A DNA stretch of 64,000 nt, taken from assembly GCA_050011195.1 (NCBI GenBank), contig JBEKJO010000004.1, forward strand, positions 10,619 through 74,618. Reading direction: 5' to 3'. This DNA comes from Verrucomicrobiota bacterium (lineage in GTDB: Bacteria > Verrucomicrobiota > Verrucomicrobiia > Limisphaerales > UBA8199). Below the pieces are notes generated by a model. The model made no database searches, was not told the origin of the DNA, and saw only the letters and a program-made list of their open reading frames with translations. The translations under genes were made by a program, and so were the position numbers. Below, one piece after another: positions 47,868 through 59,170 of this stretch. How positions within the stretch are numbered: position 1 is the stretch's first letter; every line of letters starts with the position of its first letter.

Positions 47868-48003
47868 CTAGCCGGGAAATTTCATAGTGTGTAGCCGCCG
47901 ACGGCAGTCGGCGCTGATTCTCAGTCCCGAAAGATGGCGCCGCCTGCCGTCGGCGGCTACACCCTGTCGGCGGTTTGTGCGAGGTATGAGAATTCCGGGC
48001 TAG
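47868..48003. repeat. Nested palindromic element: outer IR around a GTAG REP doublet
   Basis: ctagccgggaaatttcata / tatgagaattccgggctag (16/19); inner gtagccgccgacggcag...ctgccgtcggcggctac. Confidence 0.8.
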
Positions 48004-48012
48004 TCATTACGG

Positions 48013-49851
48013 CTACTTCTTGGAACGAGACTCCCCGCTATTGGCCGGGGACGAAGGTGAAGCCGATTGGCGCTCATCGGATGGCGGGAGCGACTTGATT
48101 TCGGCGGCTTGATGATAGCTCTTCGGATAATATGCAGGGGTGTTTCGTCCCTGAGCCGGCGTTTGGGCGGTTGATGACGGAGCCGCGGCGTGGGGGGTGT
48201 TGTAGGCGGCAGCCAAACCTGTGGTGGAACTGTAGCCGGGGGCCGAGCGGGTTCCTTGCTTCCAGTCATCGGGGGTCCGGGATGCTGTTGGGGCAGAAGA
48301 CGTTCTGGCCGTCGGCTGGTAGGTCTTCGAGGTCGGCTGGGATTGCGAGGAGGACGCGGGTTTGGCGTTGCTCAACGAGGAGGAGGCTTTAGGCGGTTCG
48401 GGTGCCGGCGCAGGCTGAGAGGTCCTCGGGGCAGGCTGGTATGGCGAGGAGGGCGCGGGTCTTGCGCTGCTCAACGAGGAGGAGGCTTTAGGCGGTTCGG
48501 GTGCCGGCGCAGGCTGAGCGGTCCTCGGGGCAGGCTGGTATGGCGAGGAGGACGAGGGCTTTGCGCTGCTCGACCAGGGCGAGACTTTGGGCGCTTCCAC
48601 GACCGGCCGGCGTGGGGCAGCGACGGGAGCCGACCCGCTGCGGCTGAAGGTGGAGGGGGGTGCCGTTCTCACCGGCGCAATGGGGGCGTGCTGAATGACC
48701 GGATGCTGCGTATCTACTCTTTGGGCCACCATATTCACTGGCCGCGCCGGAGCCTTGGGCTGCGCCCGATAGACCACCGCCCCGGTCCGGCTGGGCATTC
48801 CGGCGGAACCGGCCGGCAAATCGCGGATGGTTGCCCGGGGGACCGGGACACGGGAAGCCGCGGCCACGCGCTCGACCGCAATGCCTCGGTTTACGACGGC
48901 GTTATTGTTCACCACATAGTTGTTGATGATGCTGGTCTGGCGGTAAATGGCCGTGACCCGGGCCGGCGGCAGGCAGCGATACCCCAAGTCGTGGCTGCAA
49001 AAGTCGCCCAAGGCGACAAAAGCAAAGGCGTTGATGCCGAGGCCAAAGTCGAAATTCGCCCCGACGCTGACCCCATTGAAGCGCCAGCCAAGCCGCAGAT
49101 CAAATTCGGCGCGTGGCGGCAGCGGTGCCCAGCCGCAAGTGTCCCCGGCGACCCGCCAAGTGACCCAGGCCGGCCCCCAGACCCGGTCGGGCAGCCAAAC
49201 CCAGCCGGAGCGCGGGTGCAAATACCATCGGCCATAGTGAAACGGCGCCCAGCCCCACGAATAGTCCGATTGCCAATACCATCCGGCATCCGTATAAACC
49301 CAGTGGCCGCCATCGCAGTAGGGGCGCCAGCCGCGGGACATCACGACCGTCCGGGGTTGCCAGCACCAGCCGTATCCTTCCAGGGACACCCAGGCGCCAT
49401 AGGGCGAAAGATCATTGTAGAAGTAACTCACATCGGCGGGAGGACTGCTGACATAGGCCGGCGGCGGGGCGGCAGCCGGGAGCGGCGGCACTGCCGGCGC
49501 CGGAGCCGCCGGGGCAACTGGAGGCGGTGTGGCTGGGGCTGCCGGCACATATTGCTGAGGCTGGTTCCGCAGCGTGCCGTCGTGGCTCAGCATCGCCGCG
49601 GTCACCTGCGGGGACAGGCCGACATCCTTAAGATAAAGGACATCGTCTGCGGAAAGATTGAATGGGGCTTGCGAATTCTGGATGTAGGCCAGAACGACAT
49701 CATCACCGACCCCCGAACCGGCCAGCCGGACGACTTCGGCAGCCCCTGGCGATAGATTGGCCGGGGCCGCTGCCTGCGGCGTTTGACCATATCCGGACAA
49801 TAGTGGAAAAGCCAACGCTGTAACCAACCCGACCCATTTGATGTTTCTCAT
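48013..49851 (-). CDS. DUF6600-type Trp-rich secreted protein with Pro/Ser-rich tail
   Basis: LSPYGAW...WRPY..GHW..TDAGWYWQSDYSWGWAPFHYGRW...WGPAWV; 99-bp tandem duplication about 48370..48551. Confidence 0.8.
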   Translation of the reverse strand: MRNIKWVGLVTALAFPLLSGYGQTPQAAAPANLSPGAAEVVRLAGSGVGDDVVLAYIQNSQAPFNLSADDVLYLKDVGLSPQVTAAMLSHDGTLRNQPQQYVPAAPATPPPVAPAAPAPAVPPLPAAAPPPAYVSSPPADVSYFYNDLSPYGAWVSLEGYGWCWQPRTVVMSRGWRPYCDGGHWVYTDAGWYWQSDYSWGWAPFHYGRWYLHPRSGWVWLPDRVWGPAWVTWRVAGDTCGWAPLPPRAEFDLRLGWRFNGVSVGANFDFGLGINAFAFVALGDFCSHDLGYRCLPPARVTAIYRQTSIINNYVVNNNAVVNRGIAVERVAAASRVPVPRATIRDLPAGSAGMPSRTGAVVYRAQPKAPARPVNMVAQRVDTQHPVIQHAPIAPVRTAPPSTFSRSGSAPVAAPRRPVVEAPKVSPWSSSAKPSSSSPYQPAPRTAQPAPAPEPPKASSSLSSARPAPSSPYQPAPRTSQPAPAPEPPKASSSLSNAKPASSSQSQPTSKTYQPTARTSSAPTASRTPDDWKQGTRSAPGYSSTTGLAAAYNTPHAAAPSSTAQTPAQGRNTPAYYPKSYHQAAEIKSLPPSDERQSASPSSPANSGESRSKK

Positions 49852-49968
49852 AACAATCGCACTCGCATTCTTGATTAACTCTTTAGACCGCGCCGGCGCA
49901 GGTTTATTCAGCCGACTGATCCGCTTCATATTAAGGGAGATACAAGGCACGAGCAATCAAATGCCTAA

Positions 49969-51363
<1,395 letters not shown>

Positions 51364-51484
51364 CGCCTCCATGATATAAGCGGGGTTCCGGGTGGAAAGA
51401 GAAAAGGACTGAGTTGACCTTTCCCCTTGTCACCGCCCGCGGTCGGTTCTAAAGTCATCGGGTGGTGAAGCACCACCGAACGAT

Positions 51485-52171
51485 ATGATTGAACTGATTC
51501 AATTACCCTGGAGCCCCTACTGCATCGTCCAACGGCGCATCCTCGAGTTCGCCGGCGCCCGGTTCAAAATCACTGATATTCCCACCGGCGACCGATCCCG
51601 GGTCTGGCGATTGACCCGCCAGCGCTACTACGGCGTGCCGGTCATTCGGAGCGGCAAAGCGGTCATCTTCGAGGTCAGCGAGGAGTCGCAGGTGATCGCT
51701 AAGTATCTCGACAACCGGTTTCAGCTCGGGCTATTCCCGTGGGAACTGGAGGGCGTGCAATCCCTGGTCTGGCGATACATCGAGAACGAGGTCGAAGGCG
51801 TCGGCTTCAAGCTCAACGACATTTACTGGCGGGAGGTAGTGCCGGCGTCGGACCAAGTCGCGTTTCTGCGGCACAAGGAACGCAAATTCGGGCGCGGCTG
51901 CATTGACCAATGGCGGGCGCAGCAAAAGGAGCTGCTGGCGCAACTGGAGCAGCGGCTGGTGCCGTTCGAAGAAATGCTGATGTATAAACCGTTTCTCCTG
52001 GACCAGAGGCCGCGGTTCGTCGATTTCGACCTCTACGGCATCCTGGGCAATTTCCTTTATTCCGGCCATTACCGCCTGCCGGCGGCGCACACTCACCTGC
52101 GGAAATGGCACCAGCGGATGGCGCGCGTGCAGCACCAATTGGTCGCCTGTGAGGACGATGTGCCGTTCTGA
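51485..52171 (+). CDS. Glutathione S-transferase family protein
   Basis: WSPYC, VPVI, ESQVIAKYL, FLL..P.FVDFDLYG. Confidence 0.8.
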   Translation: MIELIQLPWSPYCIVQRRILEFAGARFKITDIPTGDRSRVWRLTRQRYYGVPVIRSGKAVIFEVSEESQVIAKYLDNRFQLGLFPWELEGVQSLVWRYIENEVEGVGFKLNDIYWREVVPASDQVAFLRHKERKFGRGCIDQWRAQQKELLAQLEQRLVPFEEMLMYKPFLLDQRPRFVDFDLYGILGNFLYSGHYRLPAAHTHLRKWHQRMARVQHQLVACEDDVPF

Positions 52172-52194
52172 CGCCGTAAGGAAAGGTATTCGAC

Positions 52195-52857
52195 ATGAAA
52201 ACACTGTTGCCGTGGTTATGCGTTGTGGGACTGGTCATCGGGCTGGGCTGGGTTTATTCCGCCAGCCAGAAAAAGGACGCTGAGCTGGCAGCCCTGCGCG
52301 AGGACAGCCAACAATTGCAAAAGCTTCGCGCCGAACTGGAGGAAGCCAAGAGCGCCCGCACGCAGGCCGAAAGCGATGAGCTGGCCCGGCTGCGCAAGGA
52401 CAACGAAGACCTGCTGCGCCTGCGCAACGAAGTGCGGCAGTTGCGGAACGAAAAGCAACAACTCGCCACGCAAGTCCAGACAGCCCAGTCGCAAGCCCAG
52501 GGGGCGCAAGCTCAAGTTGAGACCCTGCGCGCGAATCCGGCGCATGCTCCCGCCGCGGGGCAGCCGAACCCCGCGGCTCAGGCCGCGCTGGCAGGGCGTG
52601 CCGGGGTGCCGGCTCAGACTCCCGAGCAGCAGCAAGCCGTTGCCTGCATCAACAATCTTCGGCAAATCGACGGGGCGAAGCAGATTTGGGCCTCCGAGAA
52701 GCAAAAGCCGCCGGGCGCTCTGCTCACTGCCGCAGACTTGGCTCCTTATCTCGGGCCCAATGGATTGCCAACCTGCCCGGCCGGCGGCGTCTATACCCTC
52801 AACCCGGTCGGCCTCGCGCCGATTTGCAACATTCCGGGCCACGCATTGCCAAAGTGA
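52195..52857 (+). CDS. Membrane-anchored coiled-coil protein with pilin-like Cys domain
   Basis: N-terminal TM, heptads, ACINNLRQIDGAK...CPAGG.Y...C..PGH. Confidence 0.7.
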   Translation: MKTLLPWLCVVGLVIGLGWVYSASQKKDAELAALREDSQQLQKLRAELEEAKSARTQAESDELARLRKDNEDLLRLRNEVRQLRNEKQQLATQVQTAQSQAQGAQAQVETLRANPAHAPAAGQPNPAAQAALAGRAGVPAQTPEQQQAVACINNLRQIDGAKQIWASEKQKPPGALLTAADLAPYLGPNGLPTCPAGGVYTLNPVGLAPICNIPGHALPK

Positions 52858-52929
52858 GGCCGCCCAGGGTCCACAGCGAGGAGCGTGCGCGCTCCTTCTT
52901 GGCAGCGGACGCGTTCCTGCCTGAACCGC

Positions 52930-53694
52930 TCAGCAAATGTGCTGTTGCCTGAGTTCGCGGATGCGGTCGCGCAGACGGGCGGCGCGCTCGAACTCCTGCT
53001 TGTCGATGGCGCGGCGCAGTTGATGTTCCAATTGCTCCAGCTCCGACAAGGGGCGGTTCTTCTGGATTTGCGACTCCAGTTCGCGCAAGGCCATCACGGA
53101 CCGCTCCCGCTCGAACTTGAACGTGTCGTCCTCCAACTCCGCCAGCGACTCGATTGTCCGGATGGTTCCCCGGGCGAGCCGCAGGGCCTCGTCGTAAGCG
53201 CCCTTGGCCATCGCCTGCATGACCGTCGCGCAGCCGTTGACACGCAGGATGTAGGGGCGCCATTTCTCCAGGAACTGCTGGTCCTCCTCCCGCCGGGCGT
53301 AGTGGTGCAGGAAATCGAAGGCGCGCAGGTTCCGCGCCGTATCGCGGATGGTGCGCGCCCAGTCCTTGAGCTGAAAGAGCCGCACGTAGCGAAAGTAGTA
53401 AAGCGTGCCCTCGTGGAACAGTTCGCTGCATTCCTGCGGGCTCAACTCGAAGTCGGCCTCGCGCCCGGAGAACTTGGCCTGGTTGAGGCGCTGCTGGTGA
53501 TACTCCAGGGCGGATTCCATCCCGTGCGGGCGCAGGCCATCCGGGCGTCCGTCCATTTCATATTGCTCGAGGCCCAGGGGCGTGCGCACCTGGAGCAACT
53601 CGCGGCCGTCATCGCCGCGGACAATGCGCGCGTCCTGTTCCGGGTCGTAGGGCCAGGCCTTCAGGATCTTGCGCAGGTCAGGCGAATCATTCAT
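52930..53694 (-). CDS. UvrB/UvrC (UVR) motif-containing uncharacterised protein, paralog of 35916..36683
   Basis: LQVR..LGL.Q...GRPDG.RP.G; C-term LRRAIDKQEFERAARLRD. Confidence 0.82.
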   Translation of the reverse strand: MNDSPDLRKILKAWPYDPEQDARIVRGDDGRELLQVRTPLGLEQYEMDGRPDGLRPHGMESALEYHQQRLNQAKFSGREADFELSPQECSELFHEGTLYYFRYVRLFQLKDWARTIRDTARNLRAFDFLHHYARREEDQQFLEKWRPYILRVNGCATVMQAMAKGAYDEALRLARGTIRTIESLAELEDDTFKFERERSVMALRELESQIQKNRPLSELEQLEHQLRRAIDKQEFERAARLRDRIRELRQQHIC

Positions 53695-54965
53695 ATCGCT
53701 GCCTGTAGTATGACCCTTTTTGCGCGACATTCAATACCATCTTGCAAGGAGGGGCGACACCCCCCTACGAACCGCTCGGCCAGTCCTAACGCGGATATTT
53801 TCACCCTGCGCTGCGTTCCGGGCGGCTTGGGAGAGTCGGGGGTTCGCAGCCAGCCCAGACCCACGCGCCGGAGGCGAAGCCGGTTCGACGCCTGGGAACC
53901 GTTGCTCCGAAAGTCCAGGTAACCCAGCAGCACCGCCCCTTCCACGAAGTGTATCGCCGTGTAGCAGTACTGCCCCTTGGGATCGTCTTCCAGGACTTTG
54001 CGCCGGGACCAGGTCGCGCCGCCGTCGGAGGAAATCGCGGCCACCAGCGGGGTGCGCTTGCCGGGCGGGAAGGGGAAGGCGCCGGAGTGGTCGTTGAATA
54101 CCGCCAGCAAATCGGCGGAGCCGGGCAGACGCTTGAGGCTGGCCGGCGAGAGGGGAGACTGGAGCGAGGTGGCTGTAAAGGGCGGCCATGACAGGCCGGC
54201 ATTGGTCGAGACGCAGCCCCATTGCGCGCCCAGATCCGTCCGCGCCCAACTGAGCACGTTGCCGCCGGCCAGCTCGACCACGCCCGGTTCTTGCAGGCCG
54301 CTGCCGCTGGCGACCGGCAGGGCCCACCAGTCATTGGCCTCCCGCCAGGTCTGCCCTTCATCATCCGAGAGATACCAGAGGGCGATGGCGCGGGAATCGA
54401 ACGAGCGGGGATCATGCGGGTCGGACCGCCGCGCGCGATGGAACGCCACAGGCGCAACCAACCGCCCTGTGCTTAGCTGGATCACCCGGTCGTTGTTCAG
54501 CACGAAATAGCCGGGCGCATCCACCACCAGTCTCGGGGCGGACCAGGTCTGGGCTTCGTCCGTCGAAAGCCGCATCCAGGGCCGGCAATCGTGCCGGCTG
54601 TTCTTGACGAGATAGAACAGCGCGATCCCGCCGCTCTTGAGCCGCAGCAGCGAGACGCTCATGACGTTCTGGCCCCCGGTGTTTTCCACCACCACGCGCG
54701 GCTCGCGATTCCAGGTCTGCCCATCGTCATCGGAGCAGATGGAAACGATGCGGGCGGGGCTTTCGTCCGCGGCGCCGCCATAGAATTGCGTGTAGAAAAA
54801 CAGAATGCGGCCCGACTTGAGCGTGACGAACGCCCCCTCGGAGTTGCGCGGATTCTCCTTCGAGGACTCGATGTCCAGCACGACCCGGTTCCCGGGCGGG
54901 AGCACCCCGTGAGCGGCCAGCGGCAACAGCAGAGCAAGGGCGAGCGCGGTGGTCCTGATAATCAC
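53691..54965 (-). CDS. Secreted sialidase-like BNR/Asp-box protein
   Basis: Asp boxes SDDDGQTW, STDEAQTW, SDDEGQTW, SSDGGATW; RNSEG, LQEP, RTPL, YCY; GTG start overlapping GNAT stop. Confidence 0.85.
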   Translation of the reverse strand: MIIRTTALALALLLPLAAHGVLPPGNRVVLDIESSKENPRNSEGAFVTLKSGRILFFYTQFYGGAADESPARIVSICSDDDGQTWNREPRVVVENTGGQNVMSVSLLRLKSGGIALFYLVKNSRHDCRPWMRLSTDEAQTWSAPRLVVDAPGYFVLNNDRVIQLSTGRLVAPVAFHRARRSDPHDPRSFDSRAIALWYLSDDEGQTWREANDWWALPVASGSGLQEPGVVELAGGNVLSWARTDLGAQWGCVSTNAGLSWPPFTATSLQSPLSPASLKRLPGSADLLAVFNDHSGAFPFPPGKRTPLVAAISSDGGATWSRRKVLEDDPKGQYCYTAIHFVEGAVLLGYLDFRSNGSQASNRLRLRRVGLGWLRTPDSPKPPGTQRRVKISALGLAERFVGGCRPSLQDGIECRAKRVILQAAI

Positions 54966-55432
54966 ATTGAGATGCCCGCTGACGCCTGTGCGTTCGCTCC
55001 ATCGGGCTTGGGCGTCTGATCGGGAATGAGCCGTCGTCCCAGATTGACCACGTCGTCTTGCGCGTAGCTCAGCCTGCGATAGAACTCGATGACCTGTGCG
55101 TTGGAGGAGCGCACCTGCAGGTTTAACTTCGGGCAGCCGCGTTCGACCAGCAGCCGCTCCGCTTCCCGCATCAGGAGCCGTCCGTAGGACCGCCGGCGAT
55201 GCCGAGGGGAAACGGCCAGATAGTAAACCCAGCCGCGGTGGCCATCGAAGCCAACCATCGCAGTAGCTACCAGTTCGTCGCCCACGGTTCCAACCAGAAA
55301 CAGCTCCGGCTGTTCCGTGAGTTTGCGCGCAATGTCGGCGTGGGGATCGTTCCAGGGGCGCGTAAGCCCGCACTCTTGCCAGAGTGCGACAACGGCTGCC
55401 TCATCGTTCGGTTCAAAGGCTCGGATTTTCAT
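54962..55432 (-). CDS. GNAT acetyltransferase, YpeA-like
   Basis: LTRPWNDP..DI, GFDGHRGWVYYLAV, GCPKLNLQVR..N...FY. Confidence 0.9.
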   Translation of the reverse strand: MKIRAFEPNDEAAVVALWQECGLTRPWNDPHADIARKLTEQPELFLVGTVGDELVATAMVGFDGHRGWVYYLAVSPRHRRRSYGRLLMREAERLLVERGCPKLNLQVRSSNAQVIEFYRRLSYAQDDVVNLGRRLIPDQTPKPDGANAQASAGISM

Positions 55433-55607
55433 GCAGCGGGCGACGCCCAACAGTCCTGGTTGCGCCCAACTGGAAGTTTAAGAACCAACTGCACCGAGTT
55501 GTTCATGCGCGTTCTAATGCACCTTTCTGCTGTCGCGCGGCAAGCGAATTCCTGTCGCCGTGAATCGAGTTGATTCGCGGTGCCGGGGGGCTAGTGTGGA
55601 CCCGGGT

Positions 55608-56081
55608 ATGCCATTGACACCGGCGCATGAACTGATTCCTGTGCTGCAAGTAGCCATCGGCCCGGTCATCTTGATTTCGGGCGTGGGCCTGCTGCTGCTC
55701 ACGCTGACGAACCGTTACGGGCGGACGATCGACCGGTCGCGGCAACTGGTGCGGGAGTTGCGGGAGTGCCCCGAGGCGGACCGTAAACGCCTGGAGGGGC
55801 AGGTGGAGATACTCTATCGGCGGGCACGGTTGATCCGGCTGTCAATCCTGCTGGCGGGGGTGAGCGTGTTGCTGGCCTCGGTGCTGATTATTGTGCTGTT
55901 CCTGACGGCGTTGTGTAAGCTGGAGATCGGCTGGTTGATCAGCCTGCTGTTCATCGCCTGCATGGTCGCGCTGAGCGGGTCGCTGGGGGCGTTTCTCCAT
56001 GATATTAATTTGTCGCTGGTAGCGCTGAAGCTGGAATTGGGGCATCGGAAGGCGGGGAAGCCGGGAGATGGCGCACGCTGA
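55608..56081 (+). CDS. DUF2721 membrane protein
   Basis: LQVAIGPVILISGVGLLL...NRYGR..DRSR.L...RRARLI. Confidence 0.82.
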   Translation: MPLTPAHELIPVLQVAIGPVILISGVGLLLLTLTNRYGRTIDRSRQLVRELRECPEADRKRLEGQVEILYRRARLIRLSILLAGVSVLLASVLIIVLFLTALCKLEIGWLISLLFIACMVALSGSLGAFLHDINLSLVALKLELGHRKAGKPGDGAR

Positions 56082-56239
56082 GACGGAGTGCGGGGAGGAC
56101 ACCAAAGTGTCCGGGCAAAGAGAACGCTTTACCGATCTCCCGCCCCCCAAAAAAAGTGAGAAAAAAGCACGATTCTTGTTGACAAGAGTCGCCCTGGTGG
56201 CGTAAAAGTAGCGCGTAGATTCGGAATAAGGCTTTTGTT

Positions 56240-56890
56240 ATGGCTTTTATTAAGCGTAGTTTACTGCTGGCGGCAGCCGTACTTGGCGTTGGATTGCCCT
56301 CATACGGCAACCTGCTAGTGAACGGGAGTTTTGAACTTGGTAATTTCGTCCCCGATGCGAACGATACCATGTCGCTCAATGTGGGTGCCACGGACATGAC
56401 CGGGTGGACAGTTGAAAACGCCGCCTTGGCCTGGATCGGGCCGACGAATCCTTATCTCCTGACCGCTTCCGATGGCAGTTATTTTCTCGATCTCACTGGT
56501 TATCACGACAATGCCCCTTATGGCGGCGTGCTGCAGGCACAGACCATTACGACTACGATCGACGCTGTGTATCAGCTTTCCCTCGATATTGGCACCGACC
56601 CAGCCTACGATACTGCACCAGTGGGCGTCCAGGTGACTGCAGGCAGTACTCAAGAGACCTTTACCAGCACTCCGCTGAACCCCAACCAATGGCAAACGTT
56701 CACGTTCGATTTCACCGCCACGTCCGCGAACACCTCCATCTCGTTCCTCGGGGTGGCGGACACTAACCAAAAATACATCGGCTTGGATAACGTGAGTGTT
56801 GTAGAAGTGCCCGAGCCTGGTACTTTGACGCTGATGGTCGGGCCGGGCTTGCTGGTCTTTGGTGCGTGGCGCCGGCTCCGAAAAGCCTGA
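56240..56890 (+). CDS. PEP-CTERM protein with DUF642-like domain
   Basis: NLLVNGSFE, ASDG.YFLDL, LDNVSV, VPEPGTL + TM + RRLRK. Confidence 0.88.
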   Translation: MAFIKRSLLLAAAVLGVGLPSYGNLLVNGSFELGNFVPDANDTMSLNVGATDMTGWTVENAALAWIGPTNPYLLTASDGSYFLDLTGYHDNAPYGGVLQAQTITTTIDAVYQLSLDIGTDPAYDTAPVGVQVTAGSTQETFTSTPLNPNQWQTFTFDFTATSANTSISFLGVADTNQKYIGLDNVSVVEVPEPGTLTLMVGPGLLVFGAWRRLRKA

Positions 56891-56921
56891 ATCCCACGCG
56901 AAGTCGCAGCGTTTTCACCGC

Positions 56922-56952
56922 AGGCGCAGTTGGTCGCTGCGCCTCTTTTTTT
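56922..56952 (+). terminator. Rho-independent terminator
   Basis: aggcgcag-N7-ctgcgcct-cttttttt. Confidence 0.75.
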
Positions 56953-56990
56953 GCTCACCGGGAAATCGGCGATACGGCAGGCTTGGAGAC

Positions 56991-58565
56991 CTACGCGACG
57001 GGCTTGGATTCGGGCAGCAGGGTCCGAACCAGCCAGGCGATGAGGAGGGTAATGGTCGCGCCGATGAGGGTGTACCAGGGCCAGAAGATTTCGACGCCGA
57101 CGGTCTTCATCCAGAGGGCTTTGGTGCAGTCGAGTTTGGGGAGGAGCTCGATGGTGATCATCACAGCCAGGGACACGACCATGCCGGTGATGACGGGAAT
57201 GCTCCGGCCCTTTTTCCAGAACACCGCGAGCGCAAGACCGCCGACGAGCGCACCACTGGTGAGGCCGCGCAAGGCGAAGGCGGCGTTCAAGACGAAGGCG
57301 ACCTGCCGGCTCAGATAGGCTAGCAGGATCAAGGCGGCGGCCCAGACAATTGTGGAAACTTTGCTGAACCGCAGGAAGAAGGCTTCGCTGCGTCCGGGGA
57401 GGACGTGCTTCACGAAGTCCATGGTGGAGACGGAAGCCAGAGAAGTGAGCGCGGAGCTGACCGAGGACATGGCGGCGGACAGGATGGCGACAATCAAGAA
57501 CCCCTTCAGCAGGTGCGGCACTTCCGTCATCATGAAGATGGGGAAGATGAAATCGTTGGCCGTGATGCCGGAGCCGGGGCGGGTTTCGGGCAGCGGGATC
57601 TGGAAGGGATGGCCCTGGTAAAAGACCCAGAGCATGGCGCCGACCAGCAGGAAGATGAGGAAGAGGGGGAAGATGACCACCGCGCTCAGGGCCAGAGCTT
57701 TCCGGCCGTCAGCGACGGTTTTGCAAGTCAGCACCCGTTGGACGATCAACTGTTCGGCGCCGTGGGAGGACAGGACGAGCACGGTGCCGCCGATGACACC
57801 CATCCAGATGTTAAAGGGCGCGCCGAGCAGGAACTTCGCGAGGGAGACGCCGGGCGGCGGGGTGACATTAAGCCAGTGGAGCTTGCCGGCGGCGGCGGCT
57901 TTGGAAAACACCGCGCCCACCCCGCCGTCCACGAGCGTGGGAATGTAGCACAGAGCGAAGACTCCTCCGAGCAGGAACAGACCGAATTGGACGGCGTCCG
58001 TCCAGATCACGGCCTTGACGCCGCCCACGTAGGTGTAGAGGAGGGAGAGGATCACGAACAGGAGAATGGCGCCGAGGATGGGATCGCCGGTGCCAAGGCC
58101 GAGCAGCTTATCTCCCAGGATGAGTTTCACCGGGATGCTGGCGACATAGACGCGCACGCCGGCCGCCAGGGTCTCGCTGATGAGGAAGAACCCGCCGGCG
58201 GTCTGGCGGGCCGAGGGTCCGAAGGTGTTGGCGAACAGTTGGTAGGGCGAGTAGATTTCTCCTTTGAAGTAGTGGGGGACGAGGACGATGGCCAGAAGGA
58301 TGCGGGCGATGACGTAGCCAATGATCATCTGGAGGAAGGCGATGTTGCCGCCGTAGGCCATGGCCGGGACGCCAATGATGGTCAGGGCGCTGGTTTCGGC
58401 GGCGACGATGGACAAGCCAATGCCCCACCAGGGGACGTTTTTGCTGCCGAGGAAATAGTCGCGGGTGTTGTGCTGGTCTTTGCCAAACCACAAGCCGAGG
58501 GCAATAATGCCGAGCAGATAAATCAGGATGATGGCCCAATCACCCGGGCTGAAGTAGCTGTTCAT
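56991..58565 (-). CDS. Sodium:solute symporter family transporter
   Basis: DYFLG, SIVAAETSALT, YTYVGGVKAVIWTD, QLIVQR, SAAMSS. Confidence 0.93.
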   Translation of the reverse strand: MNSYFSPGDWAIILIYLLGIIALGLWFGKDQHNTRDYFLGSKNVPWWGIGLSIVAAETSALTIIGVPAMAYGGNIAFLQMIIGYVIARILLAIVLVPHYFKGEIYSPYQLFANTFGPSARQTAGGFFLISETLAAGVRVYVASIPVKLILGDKLLGLGTGDPILGAILLFVILSLLYTYVGGVKAVIWTDAVQFGLFLLGGVFALCYIPTLVDGGVGAVFSKAAAAGKLHWLNVTPPPGVSLAKFLLGAPFNIWMGVIGGTVLVLSSHGAEQLIVQRVLTCKTVADGRKALALSAVVIFPLFLIFLLVGAMLWVFYQGHPFQIPLPETRPGSGITANDFIFPIFMMTEVPHLLKGFLIVAILSAAMSSVSSALTSLASVSTMDFVKHVLPGRSEAFFLRFSKVSTIVWAAALILLAYLSRQVAFVLNAAFALRGLTSGALVGGLALAVFWKKGRSIPVITGMVVSLAVMITIELLPKLDCTKALWMKTVGVEIFWPWYTLIGATITLLIAWLVRTLLPESKPVA

Positions 58566-58588
58566 GCAATCAAAAACCCTCATTTAGA

Positions 58589-58668
58589 GGGAGGGCGAGC
58601 GTCCTCGCGAGCCCAAACTTCTCCGGGAAATTCTATAAGCCACGGCTCGCGGGGACGCTCGCTCTCCC
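58589..58668. repeat. 80-bp REP doublet, left flank of RAYT
   Basis: gggagggcgagcgtcctcgcgagcccaaacttctccgggaaattctataagccacggctcgcggggacgctcgctctccc. Confidence 0.93.
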
Positions 58669-58688
58669 GGGACGCTCGAGCGGCCGGG

Positions 58689-59156
58689 TTACCAGGGGAG
58701 GACGTTCAACATTCCCTGGTAAGGCCAATCCTCTGGCTTGATGACTAGCCCTTTGCGCATCGGATTCTCGCGAACGTAGTTCCATTTCTCAGTGTAGCTT
58801 TCTGAGCGCCGCAAGCGTGTATCCCAGTGCAACGATTGCCACCGCCATTCGGTGTTATTCGCCTTTTGAGTGAACAACCTCTTCCAGTAGCTCATCCAGC
58901 GGTTGAAAGGGATGTCCAAGTTGTGGGGCGCGGCAAACAGATGAAGGTGATCGGGCATTAACAGATAGTAGCCGACCAGCCAGACCTGCGCTTCCCGCCA
59001 AACCTCGACAAGCAACTGATGCACTTTCGGCTGCGCAATCCAAGGAACTCGGTGTTCGGCGTCAACCGTGGCGAACACGATGGTCGGCTGGCCGAGGTGA
59101 ATATGTACACCGGAGGCTGGTTTGTGACGGCCCAGTTCCTCGCGCGGCGGATTCAT
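58689..59156 (-). CDS. REP-associated tyrosine transposase (RAYT; Y1 HUH, IS200/IS605-related)
   Basis: FAT, LMPDHLH (HUH), WQ..WD..LR, YVRENP.RKGLV, DWPY; flanked by REP doublets. Confidence 0.9.
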   Translation of the reverse strand: MNPPREELGRHKPASGVHIHLGQPTIVFATVDAEHRVPWIAQPKVHQLLVEVWREAQVWLVGYYLLMPDHLHLFAAPHNLDIPFNRWMSYWKRLFTQKANNTEWRWQSLHWDTRLRRSESYTEKWNYVRENPMRKGLVIKPEDWPYQGMLNVLPW

Positions 59157-59170
59157 GCCACGATCTTAAA

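Noticed and set aside
48370-48551. 99-bp tandem duplication
   Set aside because: In-frame duplication in a low-complexity Pro/Ser tail; unremarkable.
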